Origin: an uncultured Oligoflexus sp.
Lineage (GTDB): Bacteria > Bdellovibrionota_B > Oligoflexia > Oligoflexales > Oligoflexaceae
Reading direction: 5' to 3'
NCBI GenBank assembly: GCA_964236955.1
Contig: CAXSGP010000038.1
Coordinates: forward strand, 11,892 to 40,834
Length of the DNA stretch: 28,943 bases
In this document: positions 9,844-19,029 of the stretch, piece by piece
Numbering within the stretch: position 1 is the stretch's first letter
Layout: each line of letters opens with the position of its first letter
The notes under the pieces: model-generated
What the model saw: only the letters and a program-made list of their open reading frames with translations
Database searches by the model: none
What the model was told of the DNA's origin: nothing
Translations under genes and position numbers: made by a program

Positions 9844-11202
9844 ATGGAAGCAGTTATTGCCTGGCCCCTTATCGTCGTTGCGATGATGATCGGCTGTTAT
9901 TTTTTTATGCGGTTTCGACAAGTCCAGGAGCAGTTTCAACAGAGTGTCACGGATAAGGATGAAGTCCTGCGACGCCTCGGGGTGCTGCAGGCGAAATGGG
10001 AAATCGAACAGAGGGAATGGCAGACCCTTAGAATCTATGCCGCCCGGATAGAAACCGAACTTGAGCAGCAGGAAAAAGCGCATCGCGAACGGCTTATTCT
10101 CATGGAAGCGGCGGAAAATAGACTCAAGGAAACCTTTCAGTCGATCTCGGGTGAGGCTTTGCGCCAAAGTGGTGAAACTTTTCTGCAGATGGCCGAAGGC
10201 GTCTTGGGCAAACAAAACGAACGGGCTCAAGGGGACCTGGAATTGAGGCGGCTGGCTGTCGATCAGCTGGTGGCTCCTCTTCAGCAAACCCTTGCCAACG
10301 TTGAACTGCGGATGGGCGAAATTGAAAAGCAGCGGGTGGGTGCTTACCAGGGGCTACAGGAACAGATCACTCTCTTACTCGGGGCGCAAAAAAACCTGCA
10401 GCTTGAAGCGTCCCATCTTGCAAGTGCCCTAAAATCCCCGACCACACGGGGACGATGGGGTGAACTTCAGCTCCGGCGCGTTGTCGAGTTAGCTGGCATG
10501 CTGGCCTATTGTGATTTTTTCGAACAGCAGCACAGCATCAGCGCCGAGGGCAAACAGCTGCGGCCTGATATGGTGGTTCGACTGCCCGGAAATCGCTCGA
10601 TCGCCATCGATTCGAAAGCCCCACTGCAGGCTTATATGGAGGCCATCGATTGCGAGGATGATGACAAGCGCAAAAAATTGTTTGACCAGCATGCCCAGCT
10701 TATCAGGAGACAGGTGCAGGCCTTGGGACAAAAAGGCTACTGGGAACAGCTTGAAGGCTCCCCTGAATTTGTATTGCTCTTCCTCCCCGGCGAGGCTTTC
10801 TACAGCTCGGCGCTGCAGGCCGATCCTACGCTTATCGAGTACGGTGCTGACAACCGCGTTCTCATTGCGACGCCCACAACGATGATCGCTCTCCTGCGAA
10901 CCACGGCCTATGCCTGGCGGCAGGAGGATATTTCCAAACACGCTGACGAGATCAGTCGCCTGGGACGAGAACTTTATGGTCGACTGGCTGATCTCAGCGG
11001 TCATGTGGCCGATATGGGCAAAGGAATTACCTCCAGTGTCCAGGCTTACAATAAGCTTGTCGGTTCATTGGAGACCCGCGTGTTGGTCAGCGCCCGGAGA
11101 TTTCACGATTTAAAGGCTGATGATCCGAAAAAGCCTTTACGGGAAATTAATGGGATCGACGAGAGGCCGCGCGCCATTCAGGCCCCAGAGCTTTCGCAGT
11201 AA
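9844..11202 (+). CDS. rmuC: DNA recombination protein RmuC
   Basis: N-terminal TM segment and coiled coil; RGRWGELQL, LRPDMVVRLP, IDSKAP and LIATPTT motifs. Confidence 0.92.
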   Translation: MEAVIAWPLIVVAMMIGCYFFMRFRQVQEQFQQSVTDKDEVLRRLGVLQAKWEIEQREWQTLRIYAARIETELEQQEKAHRERLILMEAAENRLKETFQSISGEALRQSGETFLQMAEGVLGKQNERAQGDLELRRLAVDQLVAPLQQTLANVELRMGEIEKQRVGAYQGLQEQITLLLGAQKNLQLEASHLASALKSPTTRGRWGELQLRRVVELAGMLAYCDFFEQQHSISAEGKQLRPDMVVRLPGNRSIAIDSKAPLQAYMEAIDCEDDDKRKKLFDQHAQLIRRQVQALGQKGYWEQLEGSPEFVLLFLPGEAFYSSALQADPTLIEYGADNRVLIATPTTMIALLRTTAYAWRQEDISKHADEISRLGRELYGRLADLSGHVADMGKGITSSVQAYNKLVGSLETRVLVSARRFHDLKADDPKKPLREINGIDERPRAIQAPELSQ

Positions 11203-11334
11203 GGCTGCAAGGCGTCAGGGCTTAGTCAAGTTCTCGCTGTTGAGCAAAGTTGAAGTGACGGGGGAGTGGGGGATTCCTAGTATCAACCCACCTACTCCGC
11301 TTCAAAAAATTAAAGTCTCAAAGAAGGACTCTTT

Positions 11335-11967
11335 ATGAAAAAGTTCATGGCCTCTGGCATTTTCGGGCTATCTTTGTTAGCAGGTGCCGCCCATTCTGAA
11401 ATTCAAGTCAACACTCCGTCCAAGGCCCAGGACCGGGTGAATATCAATATCCCCACGGATAAGGTAACCGTCGAAGACGCCACGACTTTTATCAATTTCC
11501 TAAGCGCGACCATCCATGAAGGCACCAATGAAGTACTCTTGGCGGATGCTTTGGCCAATGTTGAAGTCCCACCTGAATTCAAGCCTTTGGTTGATAAGAT
11601 CCTGGCCTCGCGCGATGCTCTAGCGACTGTCGAGTGCTCGGGCCGTAAATGCAAAATTACCTCCAAAGGCCAAGCTCTCGACTTTAAAATTGATGGCTTA
11701 ACCTTGCCGGTCCTGGGTACTCCGGCGGTATCCCTTTCCAAGACCATCACAGTCTACGCTCAGGTAGCGGAAGACAATCAAAAAGCAGAACTCTGCCGCA
11801 TCGATGGGGTGGCGGTAAAAGTGAGCATTCTTAAGCCCAATGTTGATGGTGGTCTGATTGAGATTGAAAACGGCGCGATCAAGACTCTTATGATCGATGC
11901 CGGTGCAGGCGGATCCTATCCAAGCAAGGCTTGCGATTTCATTTCCACTGCTGGTACTGCGCACTAA
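11335..11967 (+). CDS. Secreted hypothetical protein
   Basis: AAGGA RBS; Sec signal ending ..AAHS; 4 Cys; beta-rich C-terminal half. Confidence 0.7.
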   Translation: MKKFMASGIFGLSLLAGAAHSEIQVNTPSKAQDRVNINIPTDKVTVEDATTFINFLSATIHEGTNEVLLADALANVEVPPEFKPLVDKILASRDALATVECSGRKCKITSKGQALDFKIDGLTLPVLGTPAVSLSKTITVYAQVAEDNQKAELCRIDGVAVKVSILKPNVDGGLIEIENGAIKTLMIDAGAGGSYPSKACDFISTAGTAH

Positions 11968-11968
11968 T

Positions 11969-12108
11969 GCCTCACCCTTATTGGGGGCCGGCGGCATTTG
12001 CCTTCGCCCCAGGCGATGGGCAAGGGAGCCCAGCGAGCCTGGCTTGAATTCCGCCACGAATGCTAAGGCAAAGCCTCCAGGAAGCTTGTCACTTCGGGAG
12101 GTTTAGCC
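11969..12108 (+). other. Multi-hairpin structured intergenic element
   Basis: Stems 11998-12023, 12027-12044 and 12067-12108, with a possible closing pair 11990-11994/12051-12055. G-U pairs favour the + strand. Confidence 0.4.
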
Positions 12109-12141
12109 GTCTTCTATCGCGGGTTTTTCCATTGCTTTTGC

Positions 12142-13101
12142 TTAAAGCGAACCCACGCCGGCGATCGCTGCCGTCGGTCCAAAATGAAGGCTATCCGTAT
12201 CCGTTCCCTTGAGGCTTACATTCGTTGGTGACGGGTATTGGCTCGCACCACTGATATGAGCGCCCACGGCTGCATCACGGCCGATGGGCCGAAGGGTAAA
12301 GGCCTGCAAAGAGCCCGTGCATTCCGGTGATACGGCAAGCGTATTGGCATTCAGACAGAGGTCTTCAGGTTCCCCGCAAATTTCCCCTCTATCAACCGAA
12401 TGTGTCGCAAAAATATTGGCGCCGTCTGATTTTAATTGCGCTCCGCAGTAACCGAGACCTATGCCGGCGACCGTGAATTCAAAAGCACGGGTATTGGGAT
12501 TCGCGGTGAGCTGCATAATTCCATAGCTGCCGGAATCCCAGCTAGGGCTATTCCCACCCCCAACCGTGATCCAGGCCTTGACCGCATACTGATCCGTTGC
12601 GTTGTCGACAGGCGTGGCGATGGCCGCAAATTCCCCGACGGTGCCCTTGGAATAGAGATAGATGATGCCATCTTTGACACCATACTGATGGAACGAGGCG
12701 GCGCTTGCGATGGCGCCGGCTGCGAGGGTTTGATAGCATTGGGCGTAGAAAGTTACGGTATCACCCAAAGGATTTATCGTATAGGCGACAGGCTCCTGGG
12801 AACGGCAAGCCTTTTCATCGCCAGCTGTAATCGTATTGATCGAGTCTATGGTTTTATCGATATCGGCGAGGATATTGAAAATATTGGAGGGACCGCCTTC
12901 TGAATTGAAGAAGCGCGCGTTCATGCCGTCAAGGGAAGAATTTAAGGCAAGGCTAGTCGTAAGTCCGACTGGGGTTGCCGATCGCACGGCCGGCGTCAAA
13001 TGCGGGAGATTTGCGGAGTTGCCCTTTTTATCATCCTTACCGCAAGACGTAATCATAAGGGAACAGGCAAAACCTAAGTGAAACGTTTTGGACGGGACCA
13101 T
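12142..13101 (-). CDS. Hypothetical lipoprotein
   Basis: AGGAG RBS; lipobox-like MITSC followed by GKDDKK; several Cys; beta-rich. Confidence 0.7.
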   Translation of the reverse strand: MVPSKTFHLGFACSLMITSCGKDDKKGNSANLPHLTPAVRSATPVGLTTSLALNSSLDGMNARFFNSEGGPSNIFNILADIDKTIDSINTITAGDEKACRSQEPVAYTINPLGDTVTFYAQCYQTLAAGAIASAASFHQYGVKDGIIYLYSKGTVGEFAAIATPVDNATDQYAVKAWITVGGGNSPSWDSGSYGIMQLTANPNTRAFEFTVAGIGLGYCGAQLKSDGANIFATHSVDRGEICGEPEDLCLNANTLAVSPECTGSLQAFTLRPIGRDAAVGAHISGASQYPSPTNVSLKGTDTDSLHFGPTAAIAGVGSL

Positions 13102-13511
13102 AGTCTGTCTCCTGATATTCGAAACGGGCCGGGACTTGCATTCATGACTTTAGGGAATAGTTTACTCCTTTCGGGATACCTCAGCCTAGAATTAATCATC
13201 GGATTGGTCCGTGCTGCGGGCTCGACAAGGGGATGAAAGTCATGGCGACGGTTAGGGAAGCAATCTATTTCCCCTGCGAAAGAATTGGTTTTTTATGGCT
13301 AAGATATTGAACCCACAACGAAACTCAGAGAAATTAATTATTACCTCAAAGCGCCTCAGCTTTTTGATTATTAAGTCGATGGAGTTTTTAACTTTAAGGC
13401 TTGACCCTGATTTTTGATGTCGCCCTTGAAATACGATGTGTTCTTCCTTAATAGTCGTAGACTTCAGGAGAACTGCGGTAGAATAGATCAAAAACTCCAA
13501 AAGAGGACTTT

Positions 13512-14054
13512 ATGCGTAGCCTTTTAATAACAATTTCTATAATTCTTTCAGTGTCTTGCAAAAGCACATCGGGTTCCTTTCCAGCCCGCTCCTCATTCGT
13601 CGTCCCTGCCAATGAAGAAGACGGTAATCTCGATGAGATCGATGACAGCCCGACTCTACGCGACTCCACACATTGCGGTTCGAAAGGAGATTCTCTGCTC
13701 TGTGTACGATTTGTGAAGAACGATGATGCAAAATCGATCGTCGTCGAGCTGCCGCCGCACCACGCCCAGGCTGGAAAATTATTTACAGTCTACCTTTCCG
13801 GCATTGAACCACTCGAAATGAAGGCTACCGAAAGATGCGAGCGTAAAGCGGCGCAGAAAGCCAAGCATCGAGTGACGGAGGCGCTTCTATCGGCCAACCG
13901 TATCGATGTTTTGAAGCTCGTGGAAGTGAAGGCACAGGCGCTGCGGGCGGATGTTCAGGTGGATGGGCATTCGCTTTCGGCGATGCTACAGGACGAAAAA
14001 CTGGTGCGGCCACTCGGTGCAAAAGGCAAGGCGGATTGGTGTCAATCCCTTTAA
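13512..14054 (+). CDS. Lipoprotein with a degenerate thermonuclease (SNase-like) domain
   Basis: GAGGA RBS; lipobox SVSC. VYLSGIEPLE, ADVQVDG and the C-terminal DWC match the SNase-like layout (VRLxGIDTPE ... ADVxVDG). Confidence 0.65.
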   Translation: MRSLLITISIILSVSCKSTSGSFPARSSFVVPANEEDGNLDEIDDSPTLRDSTHCGSKGDSLLCVRFVKNDDAKSIVVELPPHHAQAGKLFTVYLSGIEPLEMKATERCERKAAQKAKHRVTEALLSANRIDVLKLVEVKAQALRADVQVDGHSLSAMLQDEKLVRPLGAKGKADWCQSL

Positions 14055-14070
14055 ATTGCTAATAGAGACT

Positions 14071-14277
14071 TCACGTCTCTTTAGTCTCATATCGCTGATG
14101 CAACTGATCGATTTTGGTCTTCGTCTCGTCGAGACGAAGACGCATCAGGCGAATCAGTTCATAGCCACGCTCCACTTGATTCACCATACGGTCAAGATCC
14201 AAATCCGGACCCGTGATGGAACGAACGATCCCTTCCACCTCTTCCAACATCTTTTGATAATTCAATGATTCCTGCAT
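14071..14277 (-). CDS. xseB: Exodeoxyribonuclease VII small subunit
   Basis: YQKMLEEVEGIV...LDLDRMVNQVERGYELI pattern; lies directly after xseA; GGAG precedes ATG 14277 (TTG 14298 is an alternative start). Confidence 0.88.
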   Translation of the reverse strand: MQESLNYQKMLEEVEGIVRSITGPDLDLDRMVNQVERGYELIRLMRLRLDETKTKIDQLHQRYETKET

Positions 14278-14307
14278 TACCTTCAGCTCCTGTTCCAAAT
14301 CTTTATC

Positions 14308-16269
14308 TCAGTTTGAATCTATTGGTTCGGCTTTCGACTGCTGAATGCCGGTGACGACCAGTTCGAGCAGACTATCGCTCAGGCGGGCTTTGACCGTCTG
14401 TCCGCACCTAAGGCCGGCGCCTTTCCTTATCAATCCCGTCTCGTCAAAGAGTTGCGTCCAGCCTTGCAAAAGCCAGGGCTGCGGATCTTTTTGCCGAATG
14501 GCGGCCTCTGCCTTGATCAGAGCCTGCTCCTGAGTCTGAAGCCCCCGTTCCGTCGCTCTCACGATATCCATTGCCACATTCCTGACTTTGGATTCAACCC
14601 TTTCGACATTGAGCTGCGTGCGGCTATACAGGGCCTCGCGCTGTTGATCAAGTCGCGCCATTTCGCGCTGCAGACGGAAGCTGAGGTTTTGCAGGAGGCT
14701 GCTTTGCGATTGGATCAGAACGGACTGTTCCCTTTGGACCCGAAGATCAAGACCTTGACTTAATTTGCTCTGGGCCTGGAGCAGCTGCGCCGCTTCCCGC
14801 TGCAGCTTGAGATCGAGTCCTTGGCGCAAATTGGTCTGCTGCTGTTCAAGGCGTGATGACCACTTTAGGACGTGTCGTTGCCAATTCAACTCAAGGCTAG
14901 CCTCAGCCTGATCGATGACCCGCCTTTGATCATTGAGATGATTCTGGGCTTCGGCCCGCATCTTCTCCATGAGCTGGGCGAGGTGGGAATCAAAAAGCTT
15001 CACACGTTCGCTCAGCGTTTTATCCAGAGTGAGACCGAGCTGATCGATGCGTTCCCGCGTCCTTTGAAACATTGAGATGATAAAGTCGGCCGCAGCGGTC
15101 GGGGTCTTCTCCCGTTGAAAACATATATCTTCGGCGACGCAGACGTCTTCATGATGGCCGATGGCCGCTATGATAGGAATGCTCGCTTCGGCAATCGCGT
15201 AGGCAATCTCTGCACTGTCGAACCAACGAAGATCCGCCGCACTGCCTCCACCGCGAGTCATGACGATCACATCGCAAGCCAGTTTTTGCAGTTCGCTCAG
15301 ACCGCTTACCACATCCTTAAGCGTCGCCTCGCCTTGCATCTGACACGGCACGAAAAGAACCTTGCCAGGAAACCTGTAGACCTTCAGTTGATCGATGAAA
15401 TCCGATTTGGCCCGGGAATCCTCGGCGCTCAAAAGGCCTATGACGAAGGGAAAAGCTGTAAGTGGCAGGGATTTATTTTTTTGGTCCAGGCCTTTGGCTC
15501 TTAATTCCTTCAATAGCTTTTCACGCTGCAGCGCTAGAGAACCCTTGGTAAAATTGGGATCGATGCTCTGAATCTGCAGACTGAGCTGGCCGCGATCCTT
15601 AAAGAGGGATAGGTCGGCGAGGACCCTGACCCGAAACCCATCCTGTAAAATTTCCTTCAGCGTCTCGCCATGTTTGCGTTCGAGATCGCGCAGCTGACTT
15701 CGCCAGATTGTGGTGTTGACCGTCACCGTCGCGGACTGCGAGCCCCCTTCTTTAGCATCGGCGAGTTGAAAATAAACGCCCGTCGCGTGCCAACGCATGT
15801 TTTGGATCTCGCCTATCACCCAAACGCTGCGGGGAAAACCCTGGGTGATGGCTAACTGCGCCTGACGCATAAGTTCGGCTATGGAAAAACCATCCGATAG
15901 CTTTGTTTCAGCGGCAGGGGAATCGCTCATCGCTGGCGTTGATGCCGAGGCAAGCTTGCTAGGGTGAGAAAGGCTGCGACTCAAGGCTGCCGGAGACGGG
16001 GCAACAGCCAGTTGGGTAGGAGGCGTAGATAGGCCTGGGGTTGATCGCAGGGCGTCGCCTGGGGTGGCGACGTTCTCTTTGATCACGCCGCCGCCAACAC
16101 TTTTACAAAGCTCCGAAACCTTGCTGAAGTTTTCCGGAGTATTGGGCAGCATCCAGCTTTTATCCACGGCATTGTATTGGGCGCCCAGTGAGCGCATGAC
16201 TTCTCGGTAGGGATAGGTTTTGCCTTTGACAAGGAGAGTCGCTTCACTCAGGACATAGTAAACCGACAT
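14308..16269 (-). CDS. xseA: Exodeoxyribonuclease VII large subunit (extended, 653 aa)
   Basis: OB-fold WVIGEI...YFQL; catalytic-domain motifs RGGGSAADL, AIGHHED and TPTAAA; long coiled coil. Confidence 0.9.
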   Translation of the reverse strand: MSVYYVLSEATLLVKGKTYPYREVMRSLGAQYNAVDKSWMLPNTPENFSKVSELCKSVGGGVIKENVATPGDALRSTPGLSTPPTQLAVAPSPAALSRSLSHPSKLASASTPAMSDSPAAETKLSDGFSIAELMRQAQLAITQGFPRSVWVIGEIQNMRWHATGVYFQLADAKEGGSQSATVTVNTTIWRSQLRDLERKHGETLKEILQDGFRVRVLADLSLFKDRGQLSLQIQSIDPNFTKGSLALQREKLLKELRAKGLDQKNKSLPLTAFPFVIGLLSAEDSRAKSDFIDQLKVYRFPGKVLFVPCQMQGEATLKDVVSGLSELQKLACDVIVMTRGGGSAADLRWFDSAEIAYAIAEASIPIIAAIGHHEDVCVAEDICFQREKTPTAAADFIISMFQRTRERIDQLGLTLDKTLSERVKLFDSHLAQLMEKMRAEAQNHLNDQRRVIDQAEASLELNWQRHVLKWSSRLEQQQTNLRQGLDLKLQREAAQLLQAQSKLSQGLDLRVQREQSVLIQSQSSLLQNLSFRLQREMARLDQQREALYSRTQLNVERVESKVRNVAMDIVRATERGLQTQEQALIKAEAAIRQKDPQPWLLQGWTQLFDETGLIRKGAGLRCGQTVKARLSDSLLELVVTGIQQSKAEPIDSN

Positions 16270-16281
16270 GCCCAGACCTTT

Positions 16282-17004
16282 CTAATAACGGTCTTGATGA
16301 ATTTGCTCCGGCTGAACCCCGGCCTTGAGCAGGAGCGAACGCGCGGCGTCCAGAAAAGGGCCCGGGCCACACATCAAATATTCGGAATCAGGACTTAAAT
16401 AGTCTCCAAGGGCAGCCAGCGGCCTACCCGGTTCAACCTGCTTATCCTTAGTTGAAATATGTTCAGCAAAAAAGCGCAGAGTCAGAGCGTGAGGATGCTT
16501 TTTCGCCAGGATTTGGAGCTCTTCATAAAACGGCATCTCGATATCGTCGCTGCAACCATAGAGGAGAACGGTGGCAGCGGGCGACTTTCCAGAGCTGTAG
16601 ACGCGGTCTTCCAGTATTGCTTTGAGAGGCGTTATTCCTGATCCACCAGCGAGTAGAACAACCGGCTTGGAAAGGGCGGGGACGTGAAAGTTTCCGGCCG
16701 CCGGACTTATTGCAAATTCAGTGGCATTGACCTTCCATGTCTTTGAATTTTCGATGAGCTGGCTATCGTTGAGCTGAATGCAAAAATCGAGGACATCATC
16801 GGCCCGCATCGCCGAGGCGATGCTGTAGACCTTGGCTAAAGCGTCAGCTCCAGCCTTAAATTCTATTTCGGTATACTGTCCCGGCTTATGCGTCCAACGA
16901 TTGCTGCCAGGCTTTAAACGGAGGATGGCGTACCGATCGCCGAGGCGTTCGTAATGAACGAGTTTTGCCATGATCTTAGACAAGAACAACTCCTGATATG
17001 CCAT
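16282..17004 (-). CDS. Ferredoxin-NADP reductase-like FAD/NAD(P)-binding oxidoreductase
   Basis: PGQY, VYSIAS, AGGSGITP, LLYG, MCGP and an aromatic C-terminus (DRY). Confidence 0.85.
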   Translation of the reverse strand: MAYQELFLSKIMAKLVHYERLGDRYAILRLKPGSNRWTHKPGQYTEIEFKAGADALAKVYSIASAMRADDVLDFCIQLNDSQLIENSKTWKVNATEFAISPAAGNFHVPALSKPVVLLAGGSGITPLKAILEDRVYSSGKSPAATVLLYGCSDDIEMPFYEELQILAKKHPHALTLRFFAEHISTKDKQVEPGRPLAALGDYLSPDSEYLMCGPGPFLDAARSLLLKAGVQPEQIHQDRY

Positions 17005-17095
17005 CAAGTGCAGAAGCTTGGGTGATGAGAGCGAGAGGACTTTTTTTCCCGCTATACTTTCATCCTTACCCTTGTTGTCACCTTCCTCTTTAAGT

Positions 17096-17506
17096 TCAAA
17101 CGCGTTTCACACCAACTTTGCAGCCCGTTTGAACCGAAGCCATGATGTCTTCACGGGAGATCAATTCGGTCGGCAATGTTGCCCGTCGAATGTTGGCCCG
17201 ATAGAGAATAGCGCCTCTCAATTTTGAATAGTCTAGATCCGCGTCTTCAAGGTTGGCGCCCGTGAAATCCGCACCTTCAAGGTTCGCACTCCAAAGCGAG
17301 GTTCCGCGGAGATCGGCATCGCGAAACAATGCATCTTTGAGGTTGGCATAAGAGAGGTTGGCTTCCCTTAGGTCGCAGCCTGAAAAATCTATCTTCACCA
17401 AGTTCGCTTTCCGCATGTCAATATTGGCAAGGGTCTTCGTCTCAGCAAGAAGTTCAAGAACTTCCTTACGGGTCAAGGTCACAAGATTTTCAGAATTCTT
17501 GCTCAT
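17096..17506 (-). CDS. Pentapeptide repeat protein
   Basis: Tandem A(N/D)Lxx repeats (ANLSY ANLKD ALFRD ADLRG ... ANLEG ADFTG ANLED ADLDY); GAGG RBS. Confidence 0.92.
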   Translation of the reverse strand: MSKNSENLVTLTRKEVLELLAETKTLANIDMRKANLVKIDFSGCDLREANLSYANLKDALFRDADLRGTSLWSANLEGADFTGANLEDADLDYSKLRGAILYRANIRRATLPTELISREDIMASVQTGCKVGVKRV

Positions 17507-17832
17507 GTCTACCTCTCATCAGAATGCTCTAAGTCGTAACTCAAAGGCGTGGGATGGGTCGCCACTTATAAAAGTGCAATAACCATTTGCATAAATGTCT
17601 CACAATTTTTCAAAGCGCGGGAAAAATATTTCAAAGCTGGCATCATGAAAGCCGGTGTCTCAAACATGTCGAGATCACCCGCTCTGGGAAGGACCGCCCC
17701 AATACTGGTTAACAGGGCCAAAGTCAGACAATATCTGAAGTTTGCCTCTCATTAGCCCTCGCCTTTGCTATGGCAAGTCTTACTAGCGCCGAGCAATCCC
17801 GCGCCGGTATCATGGCTAGAACCCATCCAGTC

Positions 17833-18831
17833 TTACTTGGCCGCCATAAGAGTAGCTACGTCTAACATGCGATGACTGAAGCCAGATTCATTGTCATACC
17901 AAGCCAAAACCTTGACCATGCGACCACCGACCACCATGGTGCTATCCGCATCGATAGTACTGGAAGCGGGCGACCCGTTGAAGTCCGAAGACACCAAAAG
18001 TTCTGTCGTATAGTTCAAAATACCCTTCAAATAGCTTTCCGAAGCTTCCTTCAGAACTTTATTGACTTCAGCAACATTGGTTTCTTTTTTGACCATCACC
18101 GAAAGATCGACGAGCGATACGTTTGGTGTGGGAACGCGAATCGAAATACCATCGAGCTTGCCCTTCAATTCAGGCAGGACCAAACCGAGAGCCGTTGCCG
18201 CGCCCGTCGAAGTTGGAATCATGTTCAATGCCGCAGCGCGAGCCCGACGGAGATCGGAGTGGGGCAAATCAAGCAGCTGCTGATCATTGGTGTAGCTGTG
18301 GATCGTGGTCATCTGCCCGCATTCGATTCCGAAGGCGTCATTGAGAACTTTGGCGACTGGCGCCAGACAGTTCGTTGTACAGCTGCCGTTGGAGACGACG
18401 GTAAATTCTTTTTTAAGCTTCTCGTGGTTCACACCGAATACGACGGTGAGATCTTCGCCTTTGGCGGGAGCCGAGATAAGAACTTTTTTCGCGCCGGCTT
18501 TGATATGCATATCAGCCTGAGCCCGTTCACGGAAAATTCCCGTACACTCAAAGACGATCTCAACTTTGTTCGCGCCCCAAGGAATTTCCGATGGATCCCT
18601 GGTCGCCGACACCGTGATCTTCTTGCCGTTGACGATCAAACCACCTTCAAAGGCCTCAACGGTCCCCTCGAGCGCGCCGTGAACCGAGTCATGCTTGAGA
18701 AGATGCGCCAGCGTTTTTGTATTCGTGAGATCGTTGATGTGAACAATTTCGATATCTTTGCGCTTAAGGGCTGCTCTCATAACGACGCGACCGATGCGAC
18801 CAAATCCATTGATGCCGACTCTAAGTGTCAT
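17833..18831 (-). CDS. gap: Type I glyceraldehyde-3-phosphate dehydrogenase
   Basis: [10 protein letters not shown], catalytic [17 protein letters not shown] and WYDNE; AGGAG/AGGA RBS before ATG 18831. Confidence 0.97.
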   Translation of the reverse strand: MTLRVGINGFGRIGRVVMRAALKRKDIEIVHINDLTNTKTLAHLLKHDSVHGALEGTVEAFEGGLIVNGKKITVSATRDPSEIPWGANKVEIVFECTGIFRERAQADMHIKAGAKKVLISAPAKGEDLTVVFGVNHEKLKKEFTVVSNGSCTTNCLAPVAKVLNDAFGIECGQMTTIHSYTNDQQLLDLPHSDLRRARAAALNMIPTSTGAATALGLVLPELKGKLDGISIRVPTPNVSLVDLSVMVKKETNVAEVNKVLKEASESYLKGILNYTTELLVSSDFNGSPASSTIDADSTMVVGGRMVKVLAWYDNESGFSHRMLDVATLMAAK

Positions 18832-19029
18832 GATTCCTACTCCTAAATCGTCCAATATGTGAGTTCTCAAAACAGCATTCGGTTATACGCCGGAGCCGAG
18901 AAAAAAGCTATAGGTCCCAGAACCTTTGCCCGTGGTGCAAGGGGGTTTTCCTATTTTGGCCAGAACCGGGTAAAATGGACCCAGATCCCGATTTTCATCT
19001 CAAGCTACGCCCGCACGAAAGGTTTGGCT

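Noticed and set aside
17872..18846. 324-aa antisense ORF
   Set aside because: It is a shadow of gap, explained by codon bias on the opposite strand.
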